Virus record (IMG/VR): IMGVR_UViG_3300025229_000020
Coordinates: 1 to 63,082 of that record
Source of the DNA: a virus
DNA: 63,082 nucleotides
Direction: 5' to 3' (one strand)
The notes beneath the pieces were generated by a model, which made no database searches, was not told the origin of the DNA, and worked only from the letters and a program-made list of their open reading frames with translations. This document shows, piece by piece, positions 62,739 through 63,082 of the stretch. The number at the start of each line of letters is the position of its first letter. Positions within the stretch are counted from its first letter, which is position 1. Made by a program: the position numbers and the translations under genes.

Positions 62739-63082
62739 TTACGGAGGCATTAGAACATGAACTTGGATCTCTTCCTGAGGGTGAAGGGGAACGATTGTCA
62801 GGTCTAATAGTTGACTTGATTACAGACATTGATTCAAGAGAAAAAATCTTTGCCTTTCATCAACACACAAGGGGCATGGATTCTGACAAAAAGAATCAAT
62901 TGTTTATACATATTGGCGACTTGCTTCTGGATGCGGACTCACAAGAAAAGCTTTTACAGATTCACTCAATTACGAAATCGTTGAATAGCGGGACAAAAAA
63001 CAGATTATTTTCTCATTTCACTGCTTTGGTAACAGATCCCATCCTTAATGATGTTTTTTGGGAATTACGGGGAGTTAGAACT
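62735..63082 (+). CDS. N-terminal part of the junction-spanning MazF/PemK-domain protein (continues at 128..946 after circularisation)
   Basis: TTG 62735 overlaps the TGA of the upstream gene (cTTGA); RBS GGGGGAG 5 nt upstream; no stop codon before the window end; in frame with 26..946 through the 127-bp repeat. Confidence 0.6.
   Translation, partial: MITEALEHELGSLPEGEGERLSGLIVDLITDIDSREKIFAFHQHTRGMDSDKKNQLFIHIGDLLLDADSQEKLLQIHSITKSLNSGTKNRLFSHFTALVTDPILNDVFWELRGVRT
62956..63082. repeat. Terminal direct repeat, copy 2
   Basis: Identical to nt 1-127. Confidence 0.95.

Noticed and set aside
1-63082. tRNA, rRNA, CRISPR, reverse transcriptase/DGR, IS elements, recognisable toxin or resistance cargo
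   Set aside because: None could be supported by eye on either strand. tRNAs in particular need a tRNAscan-type search to exclude.

Overview
The first 127 nt of this 63,082-nt window are identical to the last 127 nt, and an ORF stays open across that junction. The window is therefore best read as one complete circular element of about 62,955 bp, consistent with an assembler overlap. It is a temperate phage with a contractile tail. Most genes are on the + strand in this order: lysogeny switch (5.9-9.6 kb); recombination and replication (10.6-19.1 kb: SSAP-like protein, Cas4-like nuclease, SSB, YhaM-like OB+HD protein, replisome organiser, DnaC-like loader, DnaB, RuvC-like resolvase); a sigma factor and many small early genes (19.9-26 kb); an ArpU-like late regulator; a terminator-punctuated accessory block (26.7-31.9 kb: RepL-like protein, DUF1653 protein, serine recombinase, long dUTPase); terminase, portal-MuF fusion and a protease-scaffold-capsid fusion (32-39.4 kb); a PBSX-ordered tail and baseplate (sheath, tube, frameshifted chaperone, tape measure, LysM protein, baseplate J, Gly-rich fibre); holin and amidase (54.6-55.9 kb). 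The element also carries plasmid-type functions, which suggests an extrachromosomal phage-plasmid lifestyle. These are a tubulin-like TubZ/TubR partition operon with a divergent MerR/coiled-coil (TubY-like) gene and repeat-rich candidate centromere (59.9-62.7 kb), a Rep-like wHTH protein, an FtsK/SpoIIIE plus replication-relaxation pair, and both tyrosine and serine recombinases. The best candidate for something undescribed is in the lysogeny region: an HTH-TPR (RRNPP-type) receptor (6689..7924) with a convergently encoded 52-aa secreted pro-peptide (7957..8115, minus strand) that carries the hexapeptide DSGGGW twice in different codons. This module appears wired to a CI/Cro-like switch through a 20-bp palindromic operator family found at seven sites. 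Other notable items are an 8-copy, exactly 12-bp-phased TGCGTC array around a perfect 16-bp palindrome (57169..57255), and a MazF/PemK-fold domain inside a 388-aa protein translationally coupled to the TubY-like gene. The host is probably a Bacillales member (Brevibacillus/Paenibacillus-like), inferred only from gene content. All family assignments come from motif recognition by eye; no database search was possible.
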